From the NCBI GenBank assembly GCA_023515725.1, contig JALDTO010000200.1, forward strand, positions 124,001 to 188,000: a stretch of DNA of 64,000 nt, in the 5' to 3' direction. This stretch comes from Amoeboaphelidium protococcarum X5 (lineage: Eukaryota > Fungi > Aphelidiomycota). Made by a program: the position numbers and the translations under genes. Of this stretch, positions 24,744 to 38,533 are shown piece after piece (position 1 is the stretch's first letter; each line of letters opens with the position of its first letter). The notes under the pieces were generated by a model that was given only the letters and a program-made list of their open reading frames with translations, did not search any database and was not told where the DNA came from.

Positions 24744-26735
24744 TCAAAATATGCGGCAGAATGATCCCACCTTATTTAAGCCAAATTTAGCCAAGTAGAC
24801 GGGCAAATTACGCTTGGCAGTCGCGATCGAGAGCTTTGACACTTAAGGTGCTTGCTAGTTGCAGAGATGGCAATCCGACATTTCATCGCGCAACCTATCC
24901 ATCTCCATCATCAAACCCATCAAGTCGCGATAGTAGTTGGTAACACCAGCAGGAAGTGGAACAGGAACAGCAAAGGCATCGTCTGCAACACTAGAAACTA
25001 AAGTGAACTTAAAGTTTACCGCTTCTTCTCTATTCATAGTTTGTAACTGCTACTTTGCCTCCTAAAACCTTGACTCAACTAGATTACTGAACTAATCCCA
25101 TTATTATTGCTGATAAAGACCATCAACTTGAGTCTCGCAGGCACTTCTCATCAATGTTTTCACAACGCCGTCGATAGAAAATCGCATAACAGACCATCCA
25201 AGAGTAAGTAGAGTGTAACGTTCATTGTCGGTCAACTTGCCAGCATTACCAAAATCAATAATCCACAAAACCCATTCTCTCGGGTCATCGCTGTCCATTT
25301 GAATCTTGAAATTTCCACGATGCAAATCACCATGGTAGAAGCCATGCTTGAATAGCGCAACTGCTTCATAACGCTGATAAACAGCGGGCAATTTCAGAGA
25401 ATACCAGTCAAGGAACTGAGCTCGACGTTCAGGATCTGCCTATCCCTAATAAGTCTTCCAAGCCTATTCCAACCCAACACCAGGAGCCCATTCTACCACC
25501 AGTATAGGATGACGCAGCTATGGATTATCAGTCTCAAATAACTCAACGAAGCGAGGTATCTTGATATTCTTATTGTTTTACGTGTAACGCCTGTGTCCCT
25601 CAATAAGATTTTACTTCTCATTGGCAAAGTCCAGCTCCTTTTCCAAGTCAGCACGCGTCTCCAAGAGTGTCTTATAAACGAGTGGATGATCTTCCTAAAG
25701 AACATTAGCATACAGCTCAAATTCATGATGCAAATCTTCCACTAAGCCCACGCGCATTAATTTTACAGCAACATCTCTGATACCTAAGCGTTGCGCCTAC
25801 GGGCTATTTGCCTTAAGCTTAGCGCGATGGACTTGCCCCACGGTGCCAGCTGCAATTGGTCTGTGGTCAAACTCCTCAAAGATTGAGTCTTACAGAGGAT
25901 CACCGGTTGGCCCAAAAACTTCAGTCATCACTTATCTGTAATCCCAGGTTGCCATCGGAGGAATCGAAGACTTCAGCTCTTCCAGGCTCTCCTTCAATTA
26001 CTCATTAGTTACCTTATCTGCAATCATCTGAAACATCTTCTAAAAGCCAAGACCAGCTCCAATAACTGTACTCACAATCATTTTGACCTTATTGCTAAAA
26101 TCTAAGCCTCTGACAAGCACTTGTCCAACCATACGCCGCTTAATCCGGCCATGAATGTTGTCAATGTAATTCTCAATTAGCACCGGCATACCCCTTCTCC
26201 AGGCCTCGGGAAAGCTATTTAAATCCATCCCATTCTGGCCACTTAAAATTTTATCGATATTTGCGAGTTTAGACAATTTTAGGTTTCTTACGAAGTGATC
26301 AATCTTGCCAAACATAGATTAGACAGTAGATCTCATAACCGCTATATCCTCCTAAAAATCGCCCACAAACTAGACGCATTGCAATATAACTTGAGACTAT
26401 TCGGGAAACTCTTCTTGCACGAAATTCAATAGTGTCTATCTGGCAGATGAAACTCCCGAATTAACATCTAATTCGGCCAAAGCCTGGCGAATTTTACTAA
26501 TGCTTTAATCATCATTCTGATCAGCCAACATAATGATATGGCCACCAACGCGTAGAATCGTGTCCAGATGATTCTTCAGTCCACCAGGTTAAGTTTAGAA
26601 TCTTTAATTGTTAGACGCTGTTTAAGAGTTATGGCTCTGACTAAGCCGGCTCAAACCGCGCAGCAAGCGATCCATCGACCAGCATTGCAAAGGCAGCAGA
26701 AATAGAAATATAAGCTAAAAACTGGGTTTCCTCAT
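24744..26735 (-). CDS. ABC1/UbiB-family atypical kinase with predicted N-terminal signal peptide
   Basis: QKMFQMIAD...LEELKSSIPP, PIAAGTVGQVHRAKL, VAVKL, ELELDF, FYHGDLHRGN, IIDFGN. N-terminus MRKPSFQLIFLFLLPLQCWS. Confidence 0.8.
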
Positions 26736-27307
26736 TATAGTACTAATAAATTGCGCAATATCTCTAATATCTATAGTGAAATGCCAACAGCAAAAATAAA
26801 AGAAACATCTGAAAATTAGCTTATCAAAATGTGAAATCTGTGCCCTCAAAGCACTAGGCGTGACGTTGCAACATGAAATTCACATTTTTGTGACAGGAGA
26901 ATACACCCCTTAATCGTCAGCTGAACTAGATAGGCTAAACGTCGAGATCAATATCCAGACCAAATTTTACAACTTAAAATGTGAAAGATGTTCGACGGTT
27001 CATCAATAAATGTTTATTTAAAACAACTAAGTTGGAAACATCTATCGTGCAGGACGTATGCTACTGTAATCTCACAATGATCGGCTGGCTCGCGAAGTCA
27101 AATTTACTTTAGGCTTCATTGTAGTTTTTTCTGACGCGTCATCAATGATGGTCGAGAATATTTAGTGAGGTTAAAGCACCTAATCTTATTCATCCGATAT
27201 TATAGTGATAGCTTTGAAACTGTCTCCAGCCATGGGGATCTAGATACAGACGAAATGCTACCGACAATTTCCGCGCAGTTGATCTTAGATGCATCTCTCC
27301 GTCATGA

Positions 27308-29992
27308 TGTAGCTTCACCCTAAGCATAAAAATCGTACCAGATCGACCTTATTACGTTTAAGCATTCAATGTATCCTCCGGAGCAGTCTACTCAACTTTT
27401 CCATACCGCTATCCATTGGATCAGGCAGATCAGTCTGAAACAGTTTCTGCTCCCAATTTTCATTTGAAGCACCTTTGTTTCAAGTAGAAAATTGCCACAG
27501 ATAATGCGAGCCTAGAAGAGTATCAAAACAATGATAATTTGAGAGCAGATCTTCTCTCTGAATCATCATTGTTCATAGTTGGACGAATATAAAATGAAAT
27601 TCGTATTGTTCTTAGTTACACTACCAAAACGTATACTCGTGAAAATACTAATGTATCATCCGCATCTTTCTACTATATGCACAGCACCTTACTTTAGCTA
27701 GAGTAAAACTTGAACCATGAGGAATGCGTTCGATCGCCTGGAGTGAGTTGTCAACGATTCACGCTTATTCCGCAAGCATCACCAGCAGTAAGCAGTAATA
27801 GCGAAACAATGTTAACGGACGATCAAGTGCTGTAAATTTTAAGCATTTACAAGTAGAAATAGACAGAGCTTATAGTAGAGGATGATTAAGATGTACCAGC
27901 GGAACGCCGCTCGTATTTGCAGATATTTGTAGAGATTTTGGAATAGGCCAAGACTTTTGGAATTTTTGATTTCAACATGCTTGCGCGATATCTGAACCTG
28001 TCATAGGACGCTTTGAAGTTACTTATTCGGTTGTATATGCGTAAAGATGGGTGGATAAAGTATTCTTCTATCGATTATAGTGAGATAATAGACTTGGATT
28101 TAGCTATAAACTAATTACATTCTGAAGGATTACTACTGACAGAGGAGGATCTCGCGTCTTACCAGTCTGGCGTTCAGCTGAACGCTTCCACGGGTTAGAG
28201 TAAATCTTGTATATTAGGCCCACTTGATTAATATCATTTAAATAACATTGTGAACTAAGATTATCAAGAGAGTCTATCGCTGTAAGAGCTACTTGATCTT
28301 TTAACGCTGGACCAAATCAAATAGGTAGAGAAGACGTTCTGTTAGAAATCCAAACGATCTGGAGGTGTTAAATCAGCGCGTATTCAGAACTTGATCGACA
28401 GCACTTTATCTTAAAAGCGTCTATTTTCTGACAAGTCCTCCAACATTTCGAGTTTATTAAGGAAGCAGGTATTGTAAATGATTGGCCGAGTTGTTATGCT
28501 AAAGAGCTCTGTGCGTCGCGATATTCGACAGGTACATCTTGCCTACTTTGGCTATAACCAAGTTGAGTAATTGGAGGCTACGATGCGCGATGAGATTTTG
28601 GTAATGATGAATAGAAGGCGTTTTGTGCGCTATTAGCTGAACATTGGTACTGTATTCATAAATTTATAGCATCTTTAATTGTTTGAACAGTATCTACGAG
28701 TGTATGGTGAATGCGATAGACTGTTTCATGAGAAGAAGTTTGCTGAACTGAATACGCATTATGAGTAGTTGGTATAGTGTTGGGAAACTGTTTAGTTATA
28801 TTGGTCGGAAGTGGTAGGCTATGTCGATCAGTAGCAGGTAGTGGTAAATGGAATTCATTTGTATTTGTATAATCCTGTAATGATTTTGAGTAAAGCCTTG
28901 TGCTACTTGTCACGTAGTCTAGCGAAAGAGAAAAAGTTCCAAATGGAGTTTGAGCTTATCTAGTCATTGCTCATCTGTGAACACACTTGTAAGGAGCGTA
29001 GAGGTTATTTGTGGGATAGAATTTTGCTATTGTAAGAGCATCATATCAATCATTAATCTCCCTCTCAGACTGAGGGTGATAGCAAAGCTATTAAAGTGGA
29101 GCGATTAAAGTGTACGCTTGAACTTGCATAAGGATCATTGAGTGATGATAATGTTGACTTGATATTCATGAAATCGATTCTTGATAGAATTGGCCGGATA
29201 GAAAAACGCCTTAAAGTGGAATAGTCTATAGTCAGCAATCCGCCTGTTGAGTTGGAGATTATTTATGATGATTTTACTATCGAACAACTTAAAGAGTAAA
29301 GCCAAGGCTAGAAGACTAGATGGAGAAGCGTGTTGTACGATTATGACTCGCCGTAACTCAATGACGAGCATCATTTGATTATTGCATAAATATCATAGTA
29401 TGGAATCACGGTAGAGTAGGCTGCTTTAGAATAGTATTATATACTAGGTTGGCCTGCTGGTTTGCATTGTGAAGGTGGTCCTCTCCGAATGATCTTTAGT
29501 CTACTCTTTCATGACATAATTTTTGACGCCAATGTAAAGGGCGCTTTCATCAACAAGTATCATTCAGAACCTGTAGACTTCCATACTGAAATGTTTTACC
29601 TCAATCGGAAAGAGTCTATAGACGCCAGACTTGAGTTGCTGTAAGAGTCTCTGGGCGTGATTTTGAATTTATTGTCGGAGCGATACAAAGAATTGCAGTC
29701 AAAGATGGCATATGGACTTTAGTGGCATCATTCTCTAGAATTCTTGTCGGATCTCGTTTGCTGTATGGGACAATAATCAGTGTCTGCTATTTGCAAAGTA
29801 TTGGCCACGTAGAAGAAGAGGAATGGAGGCTTGCCAGATTTGATACTTTACGATCGTGATAAATTGAGATTTAAACTGGCTGAAGTCAAAGGCCCGACAG
29901 ATACTCTGTAAGATAATCAACACGTGTGGATCCAAGATTTGATGCAAGGCGGAATAGATGTCGTCATATGTCGTATTCGGAATCTGCAATGA
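27308..29992 (+). CDS. FAN1: Fanconi-associated nuclease 1 (VRR-NUC); 5' start uncertain
   Basis: LKLLIRLYMRKDGW, RRGYLWDRI, VEQAALEQY, GLHCEG, GGLPDL...LAEVKGPTDTL...QHVW. Frame is open from 27308; first in-frame ATG is 27677, and an upstream exon is possible via TGTAG at 27308-27312. Confidence 0.88.
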
Positions 29993-30354
29993 TCTATAAT
30001 TGTCATATAGCTGTAATCCTAGTAGTAATTCTTGTTTCAAGGTGTTACAGAGAATCACGCTTGAATGAGTTTTGATTGTGAAAATTTCATTTTTTAACAA
30101 GATATTTTTTACATTTCACTCTATCTGCCCTTTAATATATCGACCAAAGTGAAATTAGATGTGATATTCAAAACTAAGATCATAGCGTAATGGGATATCG
30201 GCTGAATACAACAAAGAGGTGTAAGTTTCAAAGAAGCGATTATGATCAACAGTGTTCCGAAGCTCAGCGCGGTCTCTCATTCATTCTCTCTTACAATCAA
30301 AGCAGATTTTTATCTTTGTTCTATCCTGACTGACTGATACCTTCAAACTCTGAA

Positions 30355-31173
30355 ATGGCGCCGGTTGAATTAGTCACCAAGAAACTTTATGCAGTTTTAT
30401 CTTTGAAGAGTCCCCCTGTGAATGCACTATCACTCGCTGTATGGACTCAAATGCTGAATGCTTTGGACTCATGTGAGAAGAATCCAGATATCAAAGGCTT
30501 GATCATAACTTCAGCAGTGACCAATTAGCAGAAGCCTATATTCACCGCTGGGAATGATTTGACTTAGCTGTATGCGCCAATGACGAGCGGAGAGAAGTTT
30601 AGAGAGTTTTGGTTGGCATAGACTACATTTCTAACCAGACTCTACTCATCGCGTCTGGTAACGGTGGCCTGTATAAACGGAACATCGCCTGCTGGAGGTT
30701 GTGGCATATCGCTCTGCTGTGACTATCGAATTATGACTGATTCACAGTCTAGTAATGGATTTGCCAAGATTGGACTCAATGAAGTATCAATCGGTATTAT
30801 GGTGCCCAAGTACTGGGGAAAGTTGTTCCTGTAGACGGCTGGCAGTCGCGGTCATGCAGAGAAATTACTGCTCACTGGCCAGATGTTGACACCGGAACAA
30901 GCGCTGAAGTTGGGCATTATTGATGAGGTGGTCCCATTGCAGCAGGTTCTGGAGCGTGGCGAACAGCTCATGCAGACGCAGTTCACTAAAATTCCTAGTG
31001 CAGGTTACGCGCTTACTAAGCGGGTACTGAGAGAGGATTTTGCTCAACAATGGCAAAGTTACGGTGAGGAGGAGGCCAGACAGGCATGGAAGCAGTTGCA
31101 ATAGGAATCTATCGTGAGCAGTTTGGGAAAGATTTTGCAAAGCTTATCCGGTAAGAAGAAGTCAAAGTTATGA
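30355..31173 (+). CDS. ECI1: Enoyl-CoA delta-isomerase (crotonase family) with PTS1
   Basis: PPVNALS, FTAGNDL, INGTSPAGGC..SLCCDYRIM, IGLNEV. C-terminal SKL followed by TGA. Confidence 0.88.
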
Positions 31174-31244
31174 TATCTTCTTTATATATGTATTAATAAA
31201 ACTTTGTTACGTAAGTTTGATGACTGGTGTTATTATTCACACAT

Positions 31245-32071
31245 TCAAAGTCTATTAGTATTTCTCGGTATATCTGACAGTTCGCTTTCACAATCTGAAC
31301 AAGATTAAACAGCTTTATCACCATCATTGCCAGACTCCTCATCTATGTCTCCACCATCCATGTATTCATTTTACACCTTAACAACTTGCTCTCCGTCAGA
31401 ACATGACGCGTACTTTGCAAACAGCTCTTCATTCATATCATAAAACGATTCACCCCACTACACGATCAATATTTTACGTTTTGATATTAATATTTTAATT
31501 CCAATAATTATATGCTTACAGTAAATTTGCTTAATAGGTCATGTCCGTAATCATTAAGACCACAGATGAACAGAGCGGCTGCCAATGCTTCAGCGCAATT
31601 CAGTTTAAACGGCTTTCCATAGTTGACAGGATTAGCCGCCACAAGATACGGTAGAAGTCTATCTACACGAGCATTGAATCCTGCTACATTTCCACCTCCA
31701 CCACCATTGCTACTGGATCGGTTCAGATTGGGAATAAACTTGTGGAAAGGCACTTCATCAACACGCGCCCAAGAGCAATCAACAACGGCCAGTCCAATCC
31801 TTTCAATAATACTCTTGTCAGCAGGTGATATCACTCTATCTGCTGTGGGCGAGAGAATTATACCGCGGAATTTAGCATTTTTATTAAAAGTCTTCACCAT
31901 CCCATGTCGATGCAGTTTCCGCCCAGAGCATCGCTTCGGATCACAATGATCAAAATCCCACATTCCAATAGTGAATGGGAATTTGACAGTATTGTTAGCA
32001 GACTCTTCTTAACCGCCTTGCTTATATCCTTCTCTACTCTATGATGATCTTGTTGCGTGATGTCGTGTCAT
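31245..32071 (-). CDS. TSR3: 18S rRNA aminocarboxypropyltransferase Tsr3; one intron 31458-31519
   Basis: MWDFDHCDPKRCSGRKL, RLLPYLVAANPVNYGKP.KLNCAEALAA. Splicing restores SKFT|WGESF. Confidence 0.95.
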
Positions 32072-32198
32072 TTTAATACTGGGACTCTTTAAAATTTAGC
32101 TGTATCAAAGCGCTGATTCTTTATCAAATTTCATACAAAAGCAAAATCGTTCATAGCACTCAGCGAACAACCCTCTGGTTTAGCTCAATTGCGAAATA

Positions 32199-32767
32199 AT
32201 GATTAGGACGTTCTATAGAATTTACGGCTAATTACAGTAGTCATGTAAGTTTACTAATGTAGTTTATATTCTATTATAACGTGCATTGTAAATTTTGTAG
32301 TGAAGGTGACTCTGAAGAATGATCTCAAGTCTGCCATGATATCAAAAGATTCAACGCGCGTGTCTGTTGTGAAATCTTTGATTGCCGATTTATCATATGC
32401 TGATAAGGTGGCAACTGCAAAGAGTGGTTCCATGTCAGAAGTGGACGTTATTCGTGCTAATATAAAGAAGAGATTAGATTCTATCGCTGAATATCGAAAA
32501 GCTTAGCGCGACGATCTTGCTAACAAGGAGTAAACCGAGTTGGATATTGTACAAAGTTACATACCGACTTAGATGTCACAAGATGAGGTGACTGAAAGGA
32601 TGAGCAAACTTGTCAGCGAGCAGTTCAAGGGTGAGCAGTTGAGTACCAGAGACATGAAACGCGTTATGAGTGCTGCTAAAAGCCAATTTGATCCGAATTG
32701 TGTTTCAATGTCTGCTCTGGCTACAGCAGCACAGCGTGTTCTCAACGCGTCATCTCGGTAGAAGTGA
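32199..32767 (+). CDS. YqeY/GatB-domain protein (Aim41-like); intron 32245-32300
   Basis: LKNDLKSAM.SKD..R, IKKRLDSIAEYRKAQRDDLANKEQTELDI..Y.P.QMS. Confidence 0.82.
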
Positions 32768-33019
32768 TAAGGTTATATTAAGATTAAGTGATAATACAGC
32801 AATAATGAGTGTACAAGTTCAGTTTTCGTTGTCTTTGTATTATGGATTTTGCCTGTTACGTTTCATGACCAGAAAAGGACGGATTTGCGCACGAATGTGA
32901 TAAAAATAGATAGATCATCTGGTGTATGTAGGCAACGACCATTTGAACATCAGCACATGTGCTATTTTTTTAAATGAAGCATTGAATGAGGTTAATACAA
33001 TAAATTGATTTTAGGCATT

Positions 33020-34412
33020 ATGTAGAAGATTGGTGAAGGTGCATTCGGTTCAGTGCTGTAAGAAGTTTTCTAGTTGTCTCCTTATACCAATCCTATCATT
33101 TGTTGTAGATGCGTGATGAATGGAGAAACTCAGATTGCCTTAAAATGCATGAAAATTAATGACTGCAAGTGTAATGATATTCTTAAAATGGTCCAAGAGA
33201 TAAAATTGATGAAATCTTTATCTCATCAGAATGTAAGCTGCCAATATCTAACTTCAAAACCTTATCATCCCTGATAACTGTAGATTGTGATGATGCACGC
33301 GGCCAGCTATTCTTCAGAGTTGGAACAAATTGAGATATAAATGGAACTAATGGATATGGATCTACAACAATATATTTAAAGGGGGCTACAATTCATATAG
33401 ATAAATTAAATTGTGCAAGATATTCTCTAAGGCCTAAACTATCTTCATCATAACTTGATCATACATCGCGACATAAAGCCTGCAAACATTCTAATCAACT
33501 AATCAGGAGAAGTCAAGGTAATTTATTTACACTCAAATATCATTAAGTAAATATATTAAATTTGTGATGTAGATTTGCGATTTTGGTCTCTGTAGAATGG
33601 CATAGTAAAGTGGCGAACACCCAGGACGATTCTTACAAATTGAGAATTCTTACCTACCTACTGAACGTGATACTAAGCAGCCTTTATTTACAGAATATTG
33701 TGCCACGAGATGGTATCGCGCTCCAGAACTATTATTATCCTACAAGTATTACACTGAAGCGATTGATCTTTGGGCATTAGGATGCATCATATTTGAGCTC
33801 GTGTATCGTACTCCTTTGTTTCCAGGCAATGATAACAAGCATCAATTGCATTTGATTGTCTAATAGTGCGGCGCCGTCTCTGATAGCATGAAACAATGCA
33901 TTCAAAATCCAAAGGTTCATTAGTTTATACATACATTACTGTCGCAATTTCAGCCATATCCGCATTCATCAAGGTAATTAGACAAAGCGGATACAAATTT
34001 GAGTCAAGTATATACTGGTTTACTCTAACTCGATCCACTGAAAAGATTGTCAGCAATAGATGCATATGAAATATTGTCCGGACACGCGCTTAATGTGAAA
34101 GAGTATTCAAGATCTGTTTATGATGATACATGGATTTAGTAGATCTAAACTAATGATCAACTACTGGCAGAACTATATCGCGAGTGCAACTATCAATCTG
34201 GCATTAATCATAATGGAGTAAAGTAAAAGCGAGACTCATAACTAAGAATTGATGTATCACTTAATCAGAGATCCAGTCCCTCTCTGACTCCAAAACGTCA
34301 ACGATCGCCCTGGGACATTGAATCGAATCGCGAATGGCTCACCGCCGTTTCATCTCCGTCGCCTGTTTCAGAGCCGTCTCTCTCACCAGACTTTGAAGGC
34401 TCTGATCTCTGA
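33020..34412 (+). CDS. MAP kinase-like Ser/Thr kinase with TEY activation motif; introns 33058-33108, 33233-33283, 33518-33572; start uncertain
   Basis: [52 protein letters not shown]. Confidence 0.85.
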
Positions 34413-34614
34413 ATGTATGTTGAAGTCGCAGTCTACAAGTAAATTAGATATTTGAGGGGGATATTTAATTATTAAGTCCCAATTCAATCTTGTTTTTACG
34501 CGTAAATTTGCCTTTATTCATCATGGTTGTTACCTTACTTCAGCCACGTTTCAGTATTTAATGCTGATTACTACTTCAAAGTGTCTTTTATTTTGCATTA
34601 CACAAAGCGTAACA

Positions 34615-35841
34615 ATGAATAAGCAACCTCTATAGGATATTAAAAATTTCGTGGTTAGCGTGAATCTTTAGGTCCACATACTAGCTCCGGCTGCAGTTAA
34701 AGATAAGATACCAGCTGATGAACATTCTGATTACACACAAGTTATAGATCCTGTGACAGGCCAAGAGCTCTTGACTGAATGGAATGAAGAGTATGTCAAT
34801 TTTGTTTGTAAACATTTAAATCTACTACCATACGTCAAGTCTGTTACTTGGCATTATGTCACGTTATCCAACTACACGAAACTGGTTGAAATGCTCACCT
34901 AGAAGAGCTAAGCATTGGCGCACGATAACGAGAGATTACTGGTAATGAATTTGGTAGATGGACAGGACTGGGATGGATGGCCTGGCAAATCTGTGTTGAA
35001 GGCGTTAGAAGACAGCTCTCTAATATTTACTGGCGCCTCTCTCTAATTCTACCAGATGGATGACAATAAATCTTACATGAAGAGGTAGTTGTTCTCTCAT
35101 TGCCCTCATTTGACACCCAAGTTTGCCACCATTGGCGATGCTGATGAAAAGGGTAATGTGGATGGATTATAACAGCTTCAGATGCCAGTCTTGATTAAGC
35201 CCAGTTAGTCTTCTGGTAGTCGTGGAATTTCTGACAAATCAGTAGTCTATACCCATGATGAAGCCGAAGTTGAAGGTAAGCTCATAGCGGAGAAGTACAA
35301 AGGCGCCTACATTGAGGAGTTCATCACTGGTTAAGAGTTCACATGCTTCCTCATTGGCAGCTAGTCAATGGGCGTGAAAGTGTACAAGCCTGTGTAGCGT
35401 GTTTTTGCGCAAAGTGTCGATGCTGATAAGCAGTTTCTCTCGTATGAGATGAAGTGGAACAGGTGGTCTAGTGAACCTGATGTCGGTCAGTGGTGGTATG
35501 CGGCTGCTCCAGATAGTATCAGTGAGGAAGTACAGAAAGTGGCTAAAGAAGCTTTTTTGGCCGTAGGAGGCGATGGCTATTGCAGATTAGATTTAAGAGT
35601 GCACACTGACAGCCAATAGATCTATATTGTTGACATGAATGCCAACTGCTCGATTGATGCAACAGAAGACTCAGGACTGGGTATTATATTGAAGTCTCAA
35701 GGTGTGGGCTTAGACTCGTTGCTTGAGGACATTTTCAAGCAGGCCATCCTAAGATTTCAGAACAAGGTGGCGTAAGTCAATAATAAAAAAGATGAGCAGA
35801 TCTTAAAATCTGCAGTCAATGGAATGCCAGCTGGAACTTGA
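34615..35841 (+). CDS. D-Ala-D-Ala-ligase-like ATP-grasp protein, 408 aa
   Basis: Absent from the ORF track. NLVDG, LE...LIFTGAS, NKSYMK, PVLIKP..SSGSRGI...SVV, YIEEFITGQEFT, LSYEMKW, GYCRLDLR, IVDMNANC. Confidence 0.85.
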
Positions 35842-35850
35842 TGAAATTTG

Positions 35851-36327
35851 TCATTGATTAAAGTTTGATTCATTCACATTAATTAATCTTTAATCCCCAT
35901 TTCCCACCTCTTACACAGTGAAGATGCGAAATATTTGAAGTTGAATGCCCTTTTGAGGAGGAACTGTGCGACGCGCCATGCCAATAACTTTGATTGTTTC
36001 ATCGCCTTTCAGTCCAATCTCGGGTCCGTAGTGCACGCAGCTCACTTAAGCTTCATTATCGTACAGCTCAAAAGCATTCTCACTTATAGAACGTTTATAC
36101 ACCAGATTTTTCATTCTTCCTACGCGTTATCATCAACATTATACGTTTGAAAATTGCAAAGTTAGAATCAAACCTTCCAATTCACAGAGAACTTCAAAAG
36201 GTAGATTGTTACTTTTGGTAGCATTGATCTCGCATAGACTAGAAATGTTCGGCTTTAAATACGCGCCTGCAAAGTCAAATCCACGCAAATGAAATAGAGA
36301 GTCACGAACTTTACGTGCAAAGTTCAT
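35851..36327 (-). CDS. SPATA22-like OB-fold protein; putative intron 36120-36173
   Basis: Exon 1 LPFEVLCELE and exon 2 AFELYDNEAQVSCVHY...IKVIG...LQIFRI resemble the SPATA22 OB fold. The intron is needed to join the frames and has atypical GTT...CGTAG ends. Confidence 0.5.
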
Positions 36328-36621
36328 ATTTTATTGATGATACGATCTCAAACTACTCTCAAAATCAATATCAGGTAAGTTAGTCATTGTATATGATGCA
36401 AGTTATTCTGCAGAAGAGATTGAATATGTTTCACATCTGATGCTTCATAGTGTGAAACACTTTGTGCTCGTAGACCACGGCCGTCGAGTAATTTCTTTCG
36501 TTCGTCCGTTCGTTCGTTCGCGCTCTTCATTGTCGTCGTTGTCGTTCCAGTCGCTGTTTTCTTTCTTCCGAAATTGTAAAGCTGCGGCGCGATAAACGAA
36601 TATATACAACGTCCACTTATA

Positions 36622-37350
36622 ATGAATCCTGAATAGTAAAGCTATTTTATGTTACTTTATGTTGATAAATTATTATTGATCATATTTGTAGCGATTATCT
36701 TTTCAAACTGCTGCTGATTGGTGACTCTGGTGTGGGAAAGAGTTGTCTGCTATTAAGATTCGCCGACGATACTTACACAGAGTCGTACATCTCCACTATC
36801 GGTGTTGATTTTAAAATTCGTACCATTGAGTTGGAGGGCAAGGTTGTCAAGCTCTAGATTTGGGATACGTAAGTTTCTAGTTGTGTGCATTAGAGATATT
36901 GATTAAGAACTTGTGATTTTAATTCGATGTAGCGCTGGTTAGGAGAGGTTCAGGACTATTACGTCGTCTTATTATCGCGGAGCTCATGGAATCATTGTTG
37001 TGTACGATGTCACTGATAATGACACCTACAACAATGTTAAGCAATGGCTGGGTGAAATTGAGAGATATGCCAGTGAAGGTGTGAATAAATTGCTAGTTGG
37101 AAACAAGAGTGATTTGACTGATAAAAAGGTGGTGGAGTACCAGGTGGCCAAGGAGTTTGCTGACTCTTTGAAGATTCCATTCTTGGAGACTAGTGCCAAG
37201 AATGCCAGCAATGTTGAGCAAGCGTTCTTGACTATGGCTAAGCAGATTAAAGACAGAATGGGCGCATCCAACGTGGTGCAGAAAGATGATAAGAACAAAA
37301 TCAGACCTGGTGTAGCAGTGGATAACAAGGCTGGTGGCGGTTGCTGCTGA
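36622..37350 (+). CDS. YPT1: Rab1/Ypt1 GTPase; introns 36636-36691, 36869-36932
   Basis: [58 protein letters not shown]-terminal GGCC followed by TGA. Confidence 0.98.
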
Positions 37351-37504
37351 TTGAAATATTTGAAGTGGAAAATCTTATTGGTGGAATCAGCTCGAAATTG
37401 AAAAGGTTCACCATCTTGATTGATTGATTGATTAAAAGACAGTTTATTCAACATCATCTCACTTTCCATCTCTGTATATCCCTACAGATCATCATTACTA
37501 ACAT

Positions 37505-38533
37505 TCACATCATCATAGAGGGCGATCCCCTTGCATTATCTTGCGTCTATTACGATCTTGACTGGCCCAGCATAGCTCTACTATTACGCTTTGACTTTTG
37601 CGATGACTGAACAAGAGCACCCGACACTGCTTGTGCTGGATGTGCCTCAAACACTTCTGATCTCTAATACTTGCTATATGATGCAGCTTATCCTTCTTCA
37701 TTCACGTCGCTGTGTCCTTGTTCTACATCATTATCTCGCTTGTGTTTGATGCCATGAGCACTTCTTGCTCCATCAGCTAAAATTGTCTCTAATCCAGAAG
37801 AAAGTCCACTTAAATTCGGTGAGTGAGCACCAGGAGACAACAAGTTCAGTGGAGATTGAGCTTGATGATTGGGCTTAGCTTGATTATTACCAGAGCCCGA
37901 GTTACCATCTACCACGGCATTAACATGATTCTATGAGTGATCGAAATTAATCGCGTATCCAAACTGCTGGTAAAAATCCTGGCCACCAAACATGCCAAAT
38001 TCAAATTGAGGAAACTGTGAGGTTAGACCAGACTGTGTTCTACCAGATGTGCTAGGATTATTGTATGCATAGGAGTTTACAGAGTTCACAAAAGCAGTGT
38101 CAGGCATATCCATTGTGCCCATAGCCTGGTAGCCACTGATTACAGGCATTGCATAAGTGGTAGCTACACCGGTCGGTCGAGAGCTTCCCCGCATTCCCTT
38201 CTCTTTCTTCGCACGCGATCGAATGTAGCAAGCATTGCAAGTGTCTCGCTGACCAGATGGTCCGATTCTTTTCACAGGTGTAAGATTTTCCGGGCAACCA
38301 CACGATGTACATTTCCATGAACCATCAACGCTTTTATGCAAGCCAGCATGCAACTTCTAATGTGATTTCTTATTAGCGGCCGCCTTGGTCTTACTTGTTT
38401 CAGCTTGATTAGGTGCAACATCATTCTTAGTCACAGGCGTCGTCTTCTCTTCTGGAAACACCATCATTTGTTCAATAGCCTTCTCTTCATCCACCAGCAA
38501 TTCAGGCCTTTAACTTCTTTTTGGTGACTTCAT
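37505..38533 (-). CDS. GATA-type zinc-finger protein (C-x2-C-x20-C-x2-C)
   Basis: WKCTSCGCPENLTPVKRIGPSGQRDTCNACYIR in an otherwise low-complexity 342-aa frame. Confidence 0.8.
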
